A DNA stretch of 64,000 nucleotides. Origin: an uncultured cyanobacterium. Its GTDB lineage: Bacteria; Cyanobacteriota; Cyanobacteriia; Cyanobacteriales; Nostocaceae. This document shows, piece by piece, positions 38,276 through 48,340 of the stretch (position 1 is its first letter; every line of letters starts with the position of its first letter). The position numbers and the translations under genes are program-made. Location: contig OY970166.1 of assembly GCA_963706595.1 (NCBI GenBank), forward strand, positions 2,304,001 to 2,368,000, given 5' to 3'. The notes under the pieces are model-generated. The model made no database searches. It was given only the letters and a program-made list of their open reading frames with translations, and had not been told where the DNA came from.

Positions 38276-39319
38276 TTATCTGTCTAAAAAATATTCCTTT
38301 AAAAAATCACAAAATACATCAAGTTCTTCACGAGAAAACGCCACTGTACAATGACTATATGAACAAATTATCCTGAGTGCATTTTCTCTTTGAAAGTTGC
38401 CAGCACCATCAAGGACATAACCTATTTTATATCCAAGTGCTTCAATTTGTTCAAACCGCGATTTTGCTTGTCCAGCTTTTCTCTCAATCACACTATTAGT
38501 AGTTACTTGAAAGCTGACTTCTATAGCTACATACTTATTTTCTTGAGAAAGTACAATATCAAATGTTGTCGGATTATTGTCTTCAGTATGACTTACCCCT
38601 GGTATCTGTCCATTTGCTTTTATATCAACATTTGGAAGATTAAGGTGATTTTCTAAATATTCTTTGACAAAAGTTTGAGTAATTTGTCCTAAACTATTTG
38701 ATTGCGAACCAGCAGTAATGCGACTAACCCAGATATATCTTTGTTTAATAAATTGTTGTAACTTATCTGTTCTACCTATGTAGTTACCAATTTCACATTT
38801 CACTAGGATTTCTGAAGCTTTTTCGTTTGTGGAATTACTACCAAACAAAATCAAAGCTATAACGTCTTTGTGTAGTTGGGAAAGAGGTTGGTCTTCCAGT
38901 ATCTTTTTGCCAGTTATACCAAGTTTAGTATTATTGAGTTGACCCGATACAGGCAAAACTAGAAAACTATAAGAATAGCTTTTTGTATCCCATAAATAAT
39001 CTAACCTTTTAGAAGGAAATATTGATTCAAACTGACTATTTAATCTCTGAATCATCTCACCCCCAAAGTCAGCTAAAACAAGCAAATGTTTCAAAAATAG
39101 ATTTGCTGGGAGGCTGGAAGATTCAATAATTTGAAATAGTCCGTTTAAATTAGATACGCTAACACTCAAAATAGCAATAAATTGGTCTTGCGTTTCTATC
39201 AGTTTGGGAATTACACTCAGTTCTGCTTCTTGTTTTGATAACTTTGAAGGCCAAAACATAGAGGCTAACTGACGTAAATCCTCAACATTTCTCTGATAAC
39301 CTGGATTCAACATAATCAA
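38276..39319 (-). CDS. Type II restriction endonuclease, HgiCI/BanI-like (GGYRCC?)
   Basis: ANLFLKHL..LAD.GGEM, VSRIT.G...NSLGQ, EVSFQVTTNS.IERKAGQA and DGAGNF match my recollection of R.HgiCI. Directly upstream of the C5 MTase. Confidence 0.8.
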   Translation of the reverse strand: MIMLNPGYQRNVEDLRQLASMFWPSKLSKQEAELSVIPKLIETQDQFIAILSVSVSNLNGLFQIIESSSLPANLFLKHLLVLADFGGEMIQRLNSQFESIFPSKRLDYLWDTKSYSYSFLVLPVSGQLNNTKLGITGKKILEDQPLSQLHKDVIALILFGSNSTNEKASEILVKCEIGNYIGRTDKLQQFIKQRYIWVSRITAGSQSNSLGQITQTFVKEYLENHLNLPNVDIKANGQIPGVSHTEDNNPTTFDIVLSQENKYVAIEVSFQVTTNSVIERKAGQAKSRFEQIEALGYKIGYVLDGAGNFQRENALRIICSYSHCTVAFSREELDVFCDFLKEYFLDR

Positions 39320-39578
39320 TGTGTTATGCTAGTAGGCTGATTGGCTAACGCGAGGGGACTGGTATTTATTTTCATGAAGCAGTTAGTTAATGATTTCTCT
39401 TTAATCAGGATCACTGTTTTGGAGAATCAAGATTATTACTGCGTATTAAAATTGACTATTACAATTTTAGTATAGTTACTCAACCTGACTAGACATAAAC
39501 TATGGTTTGATACTTCAGAGATTAAAATTTATACAAGTATCAATATACACATTAATTCCATCTGAACTAACGCAATTC

Positions 39579-39905
39579 CTATTTTGCCTGAACCCGTGCT
39601 TGCTTCACCATTGCAATCAAAGTTTGGTGAGCATCTTCGGAGTCTACTAAAGTATGATCGAACTGAATCCGAACTTGAATCCGAACTGGGACAGTTTCAG
39701 AATTTACCTGTGCGGTTAAATTCATCCCCTCAGCGTCAATTGACAGCATTTCTGCGGTTGTCGCATCTGTAACACCGCCAAAAGCCTGGGCGTAAAGAAC
39801 CACCGCATTAGCATGATCATCGTTCATGTGACTGCAAATGCGTGAGCTGATTTCAGGAGAGAAGTTATCAGACATGATGTAGTTGGGAGTTAGTAATACA
39901 GCCAT
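39579..39905 (-). CDS. DUF2470 (HugZ/GluBP-like) protein
   Basis: RICSHMNDDH, SIDAEGM. Probable start at MSDNF. Confidence 0.85.
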   Translation of the reverse strand: MAVLLTPNYIMSDNFSPEISSRICSHMNDDHANAVVLYAQAFGGVTDATTAEMLSIDAEGMNLTAQVNSETVPVRIQVRIQFDHTLVDSEDAHQTLIAMVKQARVQAK

Positions 39906-40170
39906 TGCCTAAATTTTAAGCTAATTTGGCTAAAATTTGCAGGCTGGGAAACTGCCGGCAAAAGTTTCCGTCTTACTCTATTGCTTGGGTCGGCGATGTC
40001 TGACGAACAAGTTGCACTTTGTGTCTTTTTTTGCCGATATAATTTAACAGGTAAAAATTCAATTATGATGAAAGTAACATTTGTCAAATACTGTTTACAT
40101 ATTGTTGCGGAAACCAAAGAAGTTAGACTGTAGCAAAACTATTCAGCCCAACTATTGAAGCTAAGAACCG

Positions 40171-40917
40171 ATGAGCGAAACTAGCCAACGTCGAATTGTG
40201 ATTGGGGATGTACATGGACACTATGAAGGTTTGATGACATTGATGGAGGCGATCGCCCCCACATCAGACGATCAAGTATACTTTTTGGGAGACTTAATTG
40301 ATCGTGGTCCTAAAAGCGCACAGGTAATTGATTTTGTCAAGGACAATAATTATGCGTGTCTGCTGGGAAATCATGAGCAGATGTTATTAAGTATTTTGAC
40401 TGGTAGTAACACTTCTGCATCCGCAATGCAAGCATGGCTGTATGGTGGAGGGCAAGCAACTATAGCCAGTTACGAAGAAGCGAGTATTCCTGACGAACAT
40501 TTGGATTGGTTGAAAAGTTTGCCTCTGTATCTCGATTTGGGAGATATTTGGTTAACTCATGCTGGCGTTGATCCTGAATTATCTTTAGCAGAACAAACTG
40601 CCGAACAATTTTGCTGGATACGTGATGAATTTCACTGCATTTCGCAACCATACTTTGCTGATAAGCTGATGATCATCGGCCATACCATCACCTTTACCTT
40701 CCCTGGCGTTACCCCTGGTAAGTTGGCACAAGGGCAAGGATGGCTAGATATAGATACTGGTGCTTATCATCCCCGCAGTGGCTGGTTAACTGGATTGGAC
40801 GCTACAAATAACTTAATTTATCAAGTCAACGTTTTTAACAATTGTGTTCGCACCTTACCTCTAGCCGAAGGGGTGATCATGGTTGAACCTGCCAAAAGAG
40901 CAGGCTCGCCGCCATAA
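40171..40917 (+). CDS. Metallophosphoesterase / Ser-Thr protein phosphatase
   Basis: GDVHG, GDLIDRG, GNHE, GHT, DTG. Confidence 0.92.
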   Translation: MSETSQRRIVIGDVHGHYEGLMTLMEAIAPTSDDQVYFLGDLIDRGPKSAQVIDFVKDNNYACLLGNHEQMLLSILTGSNTSASAMQAWLYGGGQATIASYEEASIPDEHLDWLKSLPLYLDLGDIWLTHAGVDPELSLAEQTAEQFCWIRDEFHCISQPYFADKLMIIGHTITFTFPGVTPGKLAQGQGWLDIDTGAYHPRSGWLTGLDATNNLIYQVNVFNNCVRTLPLAEGVIMVEPAKRAGSPP

Positions 40918-40949
40918 GCAGCGAGCATAGACAATTGTTGACATTTCAA

Positions 40950-41810
40950 TTAAAGTATGCTGCGGATATTAGCTCGGTAAGCAGCATTATCTAATCCGTC
41001 ACGCTGATTGCTAGGTTTGGCATTAATAGAACTTTGGAGGGCTTTGATGCGATCGCCTGTACCAGGGTGAGTACTCAAAAATGTCGGCACAGAACCCCTC
41101 CCTTGCATCAGCTTTTGCATAAAGGAAACCATTGCCGACTGACCATAACCAGCCTGTGTTAACGCTCTTAATCCTCTATTATCGGCATCAAATTCATCTT
41201 GACGACTGCGGGGACGGTTGAGTGCTAATTCTAAACCAATTCCCACGGCAGCATTGCGATCTAAACCTGCGGCTGAAGCTAAACCACCAGCGATCTCTCT
41301 TTGCCGCATCTGTTGTACTAAGTGTTTGCCGCCAATGTGACCAATTTCATGGGCAATTACACTAGCTAGTTCCGCTTCATTATCTGCGGCTTTCATCAAA
41401 CCTGTGTGGATGTATACATAACCGCCCAAAGTAGCAAAGGCATTGATAGCGTTATCATCAACGACTTGGAAGGTAAAAGGAAGATTAGGGCGATCGCTAC
41501 TAGCTACCAAGCGTTGACCAATTTGTTCTACATAGCGATTAATTTGAGAATTACGGCTAAATCGAATATTACTACTTTGCAACTGCTGATTCATCTGCCT
41601 ACCAAGATCAACCTCTTGGCGATCAGACATATTAGACATCTGAATTACCTGTATTCCCCGGAACAGAAGAGACCGGATATCAAAGGCATTTGCCGATATG
41701 GGTGTATTCAGGCACAGAGTGACGGCGACTACTACCGAAATCAACGGATAAAACCAACGTCGCCGTCCAGGATGATGATTTGCCAAAAATCCTTTCAAAT
41801 TCATTGTCAT
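40950..41810 (-). CDS. M48 family metalloprotease
   Basis: INAFA, HEIGH, EFDAD, STHP. Confidence 0.92.
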   Translation of the reverse strand: MTMNLKGFLANHHPGRRRWFYPLISVVVAVTLCLNTPISANAFDIRSLLFRGIQVIQMSNMSDRQEVDLGRQMNQQLQSSNIRFSRNSQINRYVEQIGQRLVASSDRPNLPFTFQVVDDNAINAFATLGGYVYIHTGLMKAADNEAELASVIAHEIGHIGGKHLVQQMRQREIAGGLASAAGLDRNAAVGIGLELALNRPRSRQDEFDADNRGLRALTQAGYGQSAMVSFMQKLMQGRGSVPTFLSTHPGTGDRIKALQSSINAKPSNQRDGLDNAAYRANIRSIL

Positions 41811-42274
41811 CAGGTTAATGGGATAAACTAGAGGACGGATTTAGAGCCTTCTAAGTTGCATTCTTGACTTCAAACAAAAGTTATATACCAGTATGACTGG
41901 GGAGTGGGGAGTGGGGAGTGGGGAGTGGGTTAAAACCCGAATGGTGTCTAAGTCTGATGATCCGTTTATGTCTTAATCTCCTGGGCAGTTGCTATATCTC
42001 TAAAAATAGCCATAATTTTCTCCTGCTTCCTATTTGCCAACCCGTGATAAAATGTCGCATAACTAACTACAAAAACCAGATGCTTTGAGCGATTACGTCG
42101 GGAAACTTGCCGTCCCTGACAAAACTTATTGCTAAAATCAATTATTCTGCTTATAGCAACCGCCAAGGACGTTAGGACATAAACTGATCATAAAAGTTAG
42201 ATACCGAAAGGTTTTTACCCTACTCCCCACTCCCCACTCCCCACTCCCCAGCTATATATCTAGGAAAAGTTTCT

Positions 42275-42808
42275 ATGGCTATTTTAGATTCCAAAGGACG
42301 TTTGTTCGGCAAAATCAATCTCCTTGATTTCGGTGCTGCACTGGTAATTTTACTAGTAATAATTGGTATATTTGTTTTTCCTGGAACTACTGGCTCTGTT
42401 GCCCAAGTTGGGACTAAAACCGTACCCATTGAGGTAGATTTAGCCGTTCGTGGTTTGAATGTCCGCGATCCTGAGCGGTTATTTGATCAAGGATTAACAA
42501 AAGGCGGTAAAACTAACGTGATTATCCGCAATCAACCCTACGGTCAGATTGGGATCAAATCTGTTCAAGTCCTACCTAGAACCTTAACAGTTTCCCAACC
42601 AGATGGTTCTGTTAAAGAATTACCAGACCCCAGGAGCAACAATTTTAGTACAGATATGCTTTTAACTTTAGAAGGTAAAGCTCAAGTTACTGACAGTGGG
42701 CTAGTTTTAGGTAAGAGCCAAGTAAAAATTGGGACGACTTTTGAATTAGAAGGTTTTAACTATAATTTTAATTCTACTGTGATCGATGTCCGATTGTTAG
42801 ATAAATAA
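42275..42808 (+). CDS. DUF4330 family protein
   Basis: MAILDSKGRLFGKINLLD N-terminus plus TM segment. Confidence 0.82.
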   Translation: MAILDSKGRLFGKINLLDFGAALVILLVIIGIFVFPGTTGSVAQVGTKTVPIEVDLAVRGLNVRDPERLFDQGLTKGGKTNVIIRNQPYGQIGIKSVQVLPRTLTVSQPDGSVKELPDPRSNNFSTDMLLTLEGKAQVTDSGLVLGKSQVKIGTTFELEGFNYNFNSTVIDVRLLDK

Positions 42809-42811
42809 TAG

Positions 42812-42967
42812 AAGAAGATAAATCTCTACAAGAAGACGCGATAAATCTCAAAGAAGACGCGATAAATCTCAAAGAAGACGTGATAAATCTCAAAGAAGAC
42901 GTGATAAATCTCTACAAGAAGACGCGATAAATCTCTACAAGAAGACGCGATAAATCGCGTCTCTACA
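42812..42967. repeat. Tandem 21/24-bp repeat AAGAAGAC(G)(C/T)GATAAATCTC(A/TAC), ~7 units
   Basis: Directly visible, with no unique spacers. The last unit completes the GACGCGATAAATCGCGTCTCTACA palindrome. Confidence 0.92.
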
Positions 42968-42981
42968 AGGCTATAAAATCA

Positions 42982-43881
42982 CTAATCTAACATAGGAAAA
43001 AATTGGCGAATTAACCCAATAGTTACGGCTGGTAGTTCCAACTGAGGCGTTAATCCTACATTTTCTAATGGTTGAAATATTCGGATAGCTTGGGGATTTT
43101 TTTCGGAAAGACGACGACCAATTTCTGGTCCAGTAAATTCTGACTTTTGTCCCCAAATAATCGCGGTGGGAGTTGTCAATTGTTGAATGTATAAGGACAA
43201 ATCAAAACATAAGTCGCCACGGACAAAGGAAAGGGCGGCATATTCAGCATTGGGTTGTTGGGCAGATTGCAGATAAGCTGTGACAATTTCTTCGTATATA
43301 CGATTAGACTGGGCAAATTGCCGTTGTTCTAAAAAGTTACGAATACCCGCGCTTGTGGCAATTCCAGTGCTATAAAGTAGGCGGTCAATAATGGGAACGC
43401 TGACTATCTGGGCAAAAACGCTGCGAGAGTAGTCTTCGCCAAAATCCGAGAGTCCGGCTGGTGTGATCAGTATTAAAGACTGGAATAAATCAGGATAGGC
43501 GATCGCCACTCGAATTGTAAAGGCCGCAGTCAGGGAAGAAGCAATCACTTTCACAGGACCTGTACAAGTCTGTTGGATAAACTCCCGAATCGTTGTGAGA
43601 TAGTCATCAATCATGTAGTTCCGGGCTGGATGCTCAGACCTACCCCAACCAATTAAATCTGGTGCTAAAACGCGATATTCGGCAGCAAAAGCCGGATAAA
43701 CTTTCGACCACTCATAAGCAGAAGACCCACCACCAAAGCCATGTAGGAATACTAAAGTTTCCCTCTCATCTTGTTTGGCAGTGGAATTTTCCTGCCAAGG
43801 TGAGCTAGTGGCAGTATAATAAACCATCTTACCTAGTGAGGTAATTATGGAGCGTTGCTCAAATCCTTGTGGCTGAAACAT
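42982..43881 (-). CDS. Alpha/beta-hydrolase fold protein
   Basis: FLHGFGGG, APDLIGWGRS, ASSL nucleophile-elbow variant. Confidence 0.88.
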   Translation of the reverse strand: MFQPQGFEQRSIITSLGKMVYYTATSSPWQENSTAKQDERETLVFLHGFGGGSSAYEWSKVYPAFAAEYRVLAPDLIGWGRSEHPARNYMIDDYLTTIREFIQQTCTGPVKVIASSLTAAFTIRVAIAYPDLFQSLILITPAGLSDFGEDYSRSVFAQIVSVPIIDRLLYSTGIATSAGIRNFLEQRQFAQSNRIYEEIVTAYLQSAQQPNAEYAALSFVRGDLCFDLSLYIQQLTTPTAIIWGQKSEFTGPEIGRRLSEKNPQAIRIFQPLENVGLTPQLELPAVTIGLIRQFFPMLD

Positions 43882-44128
43882 AGGTGTTGATTAAATGTAT
43901 GTAATGGTTACTGGATATGACCGATAGTTGCTTGACCCCAAAGCCCTGACCTGTTGGATGCAAACAGACCACAATTCTGATTATCGGCTAACCAAAAACT
44001 CTGCACCTCTAGCCCTTGTCAGATTAAGTAAGTAATTTTTGGGCTATTCTCAAAAATTTATTTGCTTGTAATTGCTAACAGACAAGGATTTATGATTAAA
44101 GATTATTGTAATTAAGTAGGTAAACACT

Positions 44129-44878
44129 ATGGCCAAGGCTTCATTTTTTGGGAAGCAACTGCTTAACCAGATTTCCCACAAGTCGCTCAATTCAAAGCCC
44201 AGAACCTTCAAGCCTTTGTCCGGTCCCGGAGGCATTCTCGGCTTTTTCACAATTATTGTGGCCATGCTGTTGTGGAACTGGAAACTGCTATTGGCAATTC
44301 TGGTTGGCGTTGGGGTGATGTTATTAGTTTACTCAATGCAGAAATGGGACTGGCAATTGCGCTTATCTCAAGTGTGGAAGTTCTTAAACAGCCCCAATTG
44401 TCGTTTAGCCTTAGCGGTAGGTAGTGGCGGTATTGCCACTGTTAGCACATACATGGCTGCTGCTATCTGGGTTGACTCCAAAAGTTCCTGGATTGCGGCT
44501 GGTGCGATTGTGCAAGGTTTAGGAACGTTATTAACTTTAATTTTATTAATGTGGCAAATCGTCAGCTTTTACGGCAACCAAGAGCAAAATCATGTTGATC
44601 AGTTATTGGTGAATTTAACAGAACCAGACTCCTTGAAACGTTTAATTGCTATACGACAATTAACTAAAATCATCACCAGTCAGCGAGTTGATTCACAAAT
44701 GCAAGAAGAAGTTGTTCAATGCTTGCGACTATTACTAACTCAAGAGCAGGAAACAGTAATCAGAGATGCAGCTTTAGACAGTTTACAAGCCTGGGATAAC
44801 AGGCGATCGCTACTATCCGAAAAACTGACAACTTTGATCCCGAAATCTACAAAATTGAAAGTTCGCATTCATTCCTAA
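44129..44878 (+). CDS. Membrane protein with C-terminal HEAT-like helices
   Basis: 4 TM segments followed by KRLIAIRQL...IRDAALDSL. Confidence 0.75.
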   Translation: MAKASFFGKQLLNQISHKSLNSKPRTFKPLSGPGGILGFFTIIVAMLLWNWKLLLAILVGVGVMLLVYSMQKWDWQLRLSQVWKFLNSPNCRLALAVGSGGIATVSTYMAAAIWVDSKSSWIAAGAIVQGLGTLLTLILLMWQIVSFYGNQEQNHVDQLLVNLTEPDSLKRLIAIRQLTKIITSQRVDSQMQEEVVQCLRLLLTQEQETVIRDAALDSLQAWDNRRSLLSEKLTTLIPKSTKLKVRIHS

Positions 44879-44957
44879 TGTAGGTCGCTGAAAAATTCAT
44901 TTTTCCCTCTAACTGAGGCTGACAGCAAGATTAACACAGGAGAGGATGAAAAGCATC

Positions 44958-45341
44958 TCATCGCCATCTGAGGCGTTTGCCAAAAATAACAATTTTTCCA
45001 ACTAGCCACAAAAAGAGGCTATAAAACAAGATATTCAGGACAAATGCCTTATAGTTTAGAGAAGTCAAATCGCCATCTAGATCAGCTTTGCCCCAACTGC
45101 TAGTAGGAGAACCCTGTTCTGTATCCCAGATGAATGGTAATGGAAAGCCTGCTCTTTGCTCACCAAATTGACATTCCCCAACTTGACAGGGTGACTTCAT
45201 ACACAAGCTTTGGCAGTTGGCTGGCTGCTTATATTGTAATGAGGTTATGGTTAAACCCGTTCCCAGCAGCATAATCAGGATTACGGAAATTCCTCTGCGA
45301 GCAGTAAAGCCCAATTTTGGCATTGCTTTTAACTCAAACAA
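44958..45341 (-). CDS. Small Cys-containing membrane protein, unknown function
   Basis: Two TM segments flanking CQSLC..PC...EC and AGFPLPF. Confidence 0.6.
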   Translation of the reverse strand: MFELKAMPKLGFTARRGISVILIMLLGTGLTITSLQYKQPANCQSLCMKSPCQVGECQFGEQRAGFPLPFIWDTEQGSPTSSWGKADLDGDLTSLNYKAFVLNILFYSLFLWLVGKIVIFGKRLRWR

Positions 45342-45438
45342 TTTGTATGACAGTCGCTACAAATTTAGAAGTGAAATATAAAGGATATGTTGCCGAAAGA
45401 AAGGAAATCAGGAAGTTGGCGCAAATCAGGTTAACTAG

Positions 45439-46221
45439 TCATGGTTGATAATGGCTATGAACGTTTGGCGATTGTCGATAAATGCGTCCGTTACGGACTT
45501 GCACTACTGGATGATTGCAACGACGTACTAATTGTTCATCATGGGTAGTCACAATTACGGTTGCGCCAAAGGTATTTAATTTTTGGAGAATCTGCATAAC
45601 TTGCCAAGAATTATCAGGATCAAGATTACCTGTTGGCTCATCAGCCAATAGTAACGGAGGTGTGCCAACAATCGCCCGCGCGATACTTACCCGTTGTTGT
45701 TCTCCCCCAGAAAGTTGATCGGGAAAGCAATCGGCTTTACTCAGTAAACCTACTAACTTCAAAGTTGGTGCTAAACGTCGGTGAATTTCCTTACGTGTAT
45801 ATCCTTGAGCTTGCAAAACAAAAGTGATGTTTTCTGCCACTGTACGCTGAGGAATCAATTTGTAGTCTTGAAAGACAATCCCAATACGTCTGCGTAATTC
45901 TGACAGGCGATCGCCTCGCAAAGTCTTCACATTACAATCATTCACAATCACATCGCCCTGTGTTGCTAACTCCTCACCATACAACAGTTTTAACAGCGTT
46001 GATTTCCCTGAACCACTAGGCCCAGTGATAAATAAAAATCCCTTTTTTTTGACCTCTAAATTGACATCCAATAAAGCATGACAGCCATTTGTATAGGTTT
46101 TCGTCACAGAGCGTAATTGTACCATTGCCTCTGTGTTGCTAATATGCTGTTGAGTTGGGCGGTCTTCTGTGTTAATTGATTTATCAGTAGTTTTTGGGGT
46201 TGTTAATCCTGGCATTCTCAA
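45439..46221 (-). CDS. ftsE: Cell division ATP-binding protein FtsE
   Basis: [31 protein letters not shown]. Confidence 0.88.
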   Translation of the reverse strand: MRMPGLTTPKTTDKSINTEDRPTQQHISNTEAMVQLRSVTKTYTNGCHALLDVNLEVKKKGFLFITGPSGSGKSTLLKLLYGEELATQGDVIVNDCNVKTLRGDRLSELRRRIGIVFQDYKLIPQRTVAENITFVLQAQGYTRKEIHRRLAPTLKLVGLLSKADCFPDQLSGGEQQRVSIARAIVGTPPLLLADEPTGNLDPDNSWQVMQILQKLNTFGATVIVTTHDEQLVRRCNHPVVQVRNGRIYRQSPNVHSHYQP

Positions 46222-46420
46222 CTTTCCTCAAGTCCTCAAGCAAATAGCGGGAAGTTTGTGATTTGATCTGCACCTTAAAACCAGGATTCCCCGTTTTTGC
46301 CTGGGAATCTCAAATTGAAAGTCTAAAAATGAAAATTTGTTAAAGCTTTAATTACTTTACTCAGTAATAACACACAGCAGTATTGCCCAGACGCGAGTTA
46401 TCGCATCTGGGCAATTAGGA

Positions 46421-47173
46421 CTATATTGCACCCCTGGTAGTCAAACGATAAATAAAAGCTTTCACAGCAAATTCTGGCAAAGCCAACATCCGCCGCCAAC
46501 GCCAGGGTTCTTGATAAAGCCGATACAGCCATTCCAAGTTGTTATTTCCTAACCAAGCCGGAGCGCGAGTTTTTATCCCTGACCAAATATCGAAGCTACC
46601 ACCAACACCAATCCAAATTGCTTGGGGGCATAAATGACGGTTTTGGGCAATCCACAACTCTTGACGTGGTACTCCCAAACCGACAAAAATCAGTTGTGGC
46701 TGTAATTGAGTGAGTCTTTGTTTTAATTCCTCTTCTTGTTCTGGAGTATGGTAGCCAGAATTAGTACCTACTATATTCAATGTGGGGATTTGCTGCTGCC
46801 AAAATTCTGCGGCTTTTGCAACTACTCCAGTTGCTCCACCATAGAAAAAGAGTTTTGTGTCTGTTTGCTGTTGTCCGATTTCTTGCAACAGGGTTTCTGC
46901 TAGCTCAATACCTGGACAACGCTGGACTTTTTGCCAGAAAAGCCAACGTAAATACAAAACTACCCCCGCACCATCTGGAATTACTAGCTCGGCATTTTGA
47001 ATTATTTGAGCCAGAGTTGGATTGCGTTCTGCCTGCATAGTCATTTCTGCATTCAGCGTAACTACATGAGTCCCTCTGCTGTGTTGTAGGCATTCCAGCA
47101 ACCAGCCTGGATAGTTACTCATGACATGAACTGGTATTCCCAGTACCGAAAACATTTGAGGCGGTTTAAACAT
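46421..47173 (-). CDS. WecB/TagA/CpsF family glycosyltransferase
   Basis: TLNAE, PDGAG, GLGVPRQE, GVGGSFD, LEWLYRL. Confidence 0.92.
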   Translation of the reverse strand: MFKPPQMFSVLGIPVHVMSNYPGWLLECLQHSRGTHVVTLNAEMTMQAERNPTLAQIIQNAELVIPDGAGVVLYLRWLFWQKVQRCPGIELAETLLQEIGQQQTDTKLFFYGGATGVVAKAAEFWQQQIPTLNIVGTNSGYHTPEQEEELKQRLTQLQPQLIFVGLGVPRQELWIAQNRHLCPQAIWIGVGGSFDIWSGIKTRAPAWLGNNNLEWLYRLYQEPWRWRRMLALPEFAVKAFIYRLTTRGAI

Positions 47174-47483
47174 AGCCCGATCTTAAATTAGACTCACACC
47201 AGATTCTCCAGGCCGTAAGTTTATCAAATTTTTCTACAGACCGTCTGTGAAAAATTGAGCAACCAATAATTTATGCGCGCTGCTGTGTGATCAGACTGCA
47301 TGAGCTTCATTTCGGTATCCATCAAGATAAAATTTAGCCATAATCAGGAATGATGACTTATTACCATGCATCTATATTGAAATTTCGAGGCAGGCATTTC
47401 CCACAAATCACATTCGCGGGCTGACAGAGCAAAGAGATTCGGTGAACTTGATTTTAAAGTTAAAGTAATGTAACGTACGCAAT

Positions 47484-48206
47484 TTGACTATGAGTAAGAT
47501 TCGTATTGCTCTGATTGAAGATCATGACCTGACTCGTGTAGGTATTCGGACGGCTTTACTACAAAAGGATGAAGTTGAAGTTGTCGGAGAAGCTGCCAAT
47601 GCGGCGGCCGGTTTAAAAATGTTAAAAAAGGTACAGCCTGATATTGCAATTATCGATATTGGTTTACCAGACAAGGATGGTATTGAACTGACGCGGGAAT
47701 TAAAAGCTTTCACCAATGGAGACGATTCCGCCACAAAGGTGCTAATTCTAACCCTTCAGGACAACAAAGAAGCCGTGCTGGCAGCTTTTGCGGCTGGGGC
47801 AGACTCTTACTGTATGAAGGATATCAAGTTTGATAATTTGCTCGAAGCCATACGAGTTACTTACAATGGCAATGCTTGGATTGATCCAGCGATCGCGCGA
47901 ATTGTGTTGCAACAAGCCCAAAAGAATCCTCCATTACGGGAAACTGTTTCCACGGGTCAGAAAAATATTTTGCCCAACTCAGAATCTGAGGACGAAGAAA
48001 ATACTGACACTTATACCCTTACAGAAAGGGAGTTAGAAGTGCTACAGTTAATCGTTGAAGGTTGTAGCAATGCACTGATTGCCGAACGACTATATATTAC
48101 TGTTGGGACTGTAAAAACACACGTCAGAAATATTTTGAATAAGCTATGTGCCGATGACCGTACCCAAGCGGCAGTACGCGCCTTGCGTTCTGGATTGGTG
48201 GGATAA
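47484..48206 (+). CDS. NarL/LuxR family response regulator
   Basis: REC domain (IEDH, DIGLP) plus LTERELEVL HTH. Confidence 0.93.
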   Translation: MTMSKIRIALIEDHDLTRVGIRTALLQKDEVEVVGEAANAAAGLKMLKKVQPDIAIIDIGLPDKDGIELTRELKAFTNGDDSATKVLILTLQDNKEAVLAAFAAGADSYCMKDIKFDNLLEAIRVTYNGNAWIDPAIARIVLQQAQKNPPLRETVSTGQKNILPNSESEDEENTDTYTLTERELEVLQLIVEGCSNALIAERLYITVGTVKTHVRNILNKLCADDRTQAAVRALRSGLVG

Positions 48207-48340
48207 AGTTAAATTTGAGTGTAAAAACCATGAAACCAACTCCACCGAAATTAAAAACTTTGAGTGAATTTATCAGCTCCAAGTGGGTAACTTCTCTTTA
48301 GAGATTATTTTTAACCTTGAGGTAATAGGTGGGATAAAAA

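Noticed and set aside
42812..42967. Possible CRISPR array
   Set aside because: Units abut with no unique spacers and no cas genes are present. It is a tandem minisatellite.
47465..47478. NtcA-like GTA-N8-TAC
   Set aside because: Lies only 5 bp from the predicted start codon, with no properly spaced -10 box. A chance match is likely.
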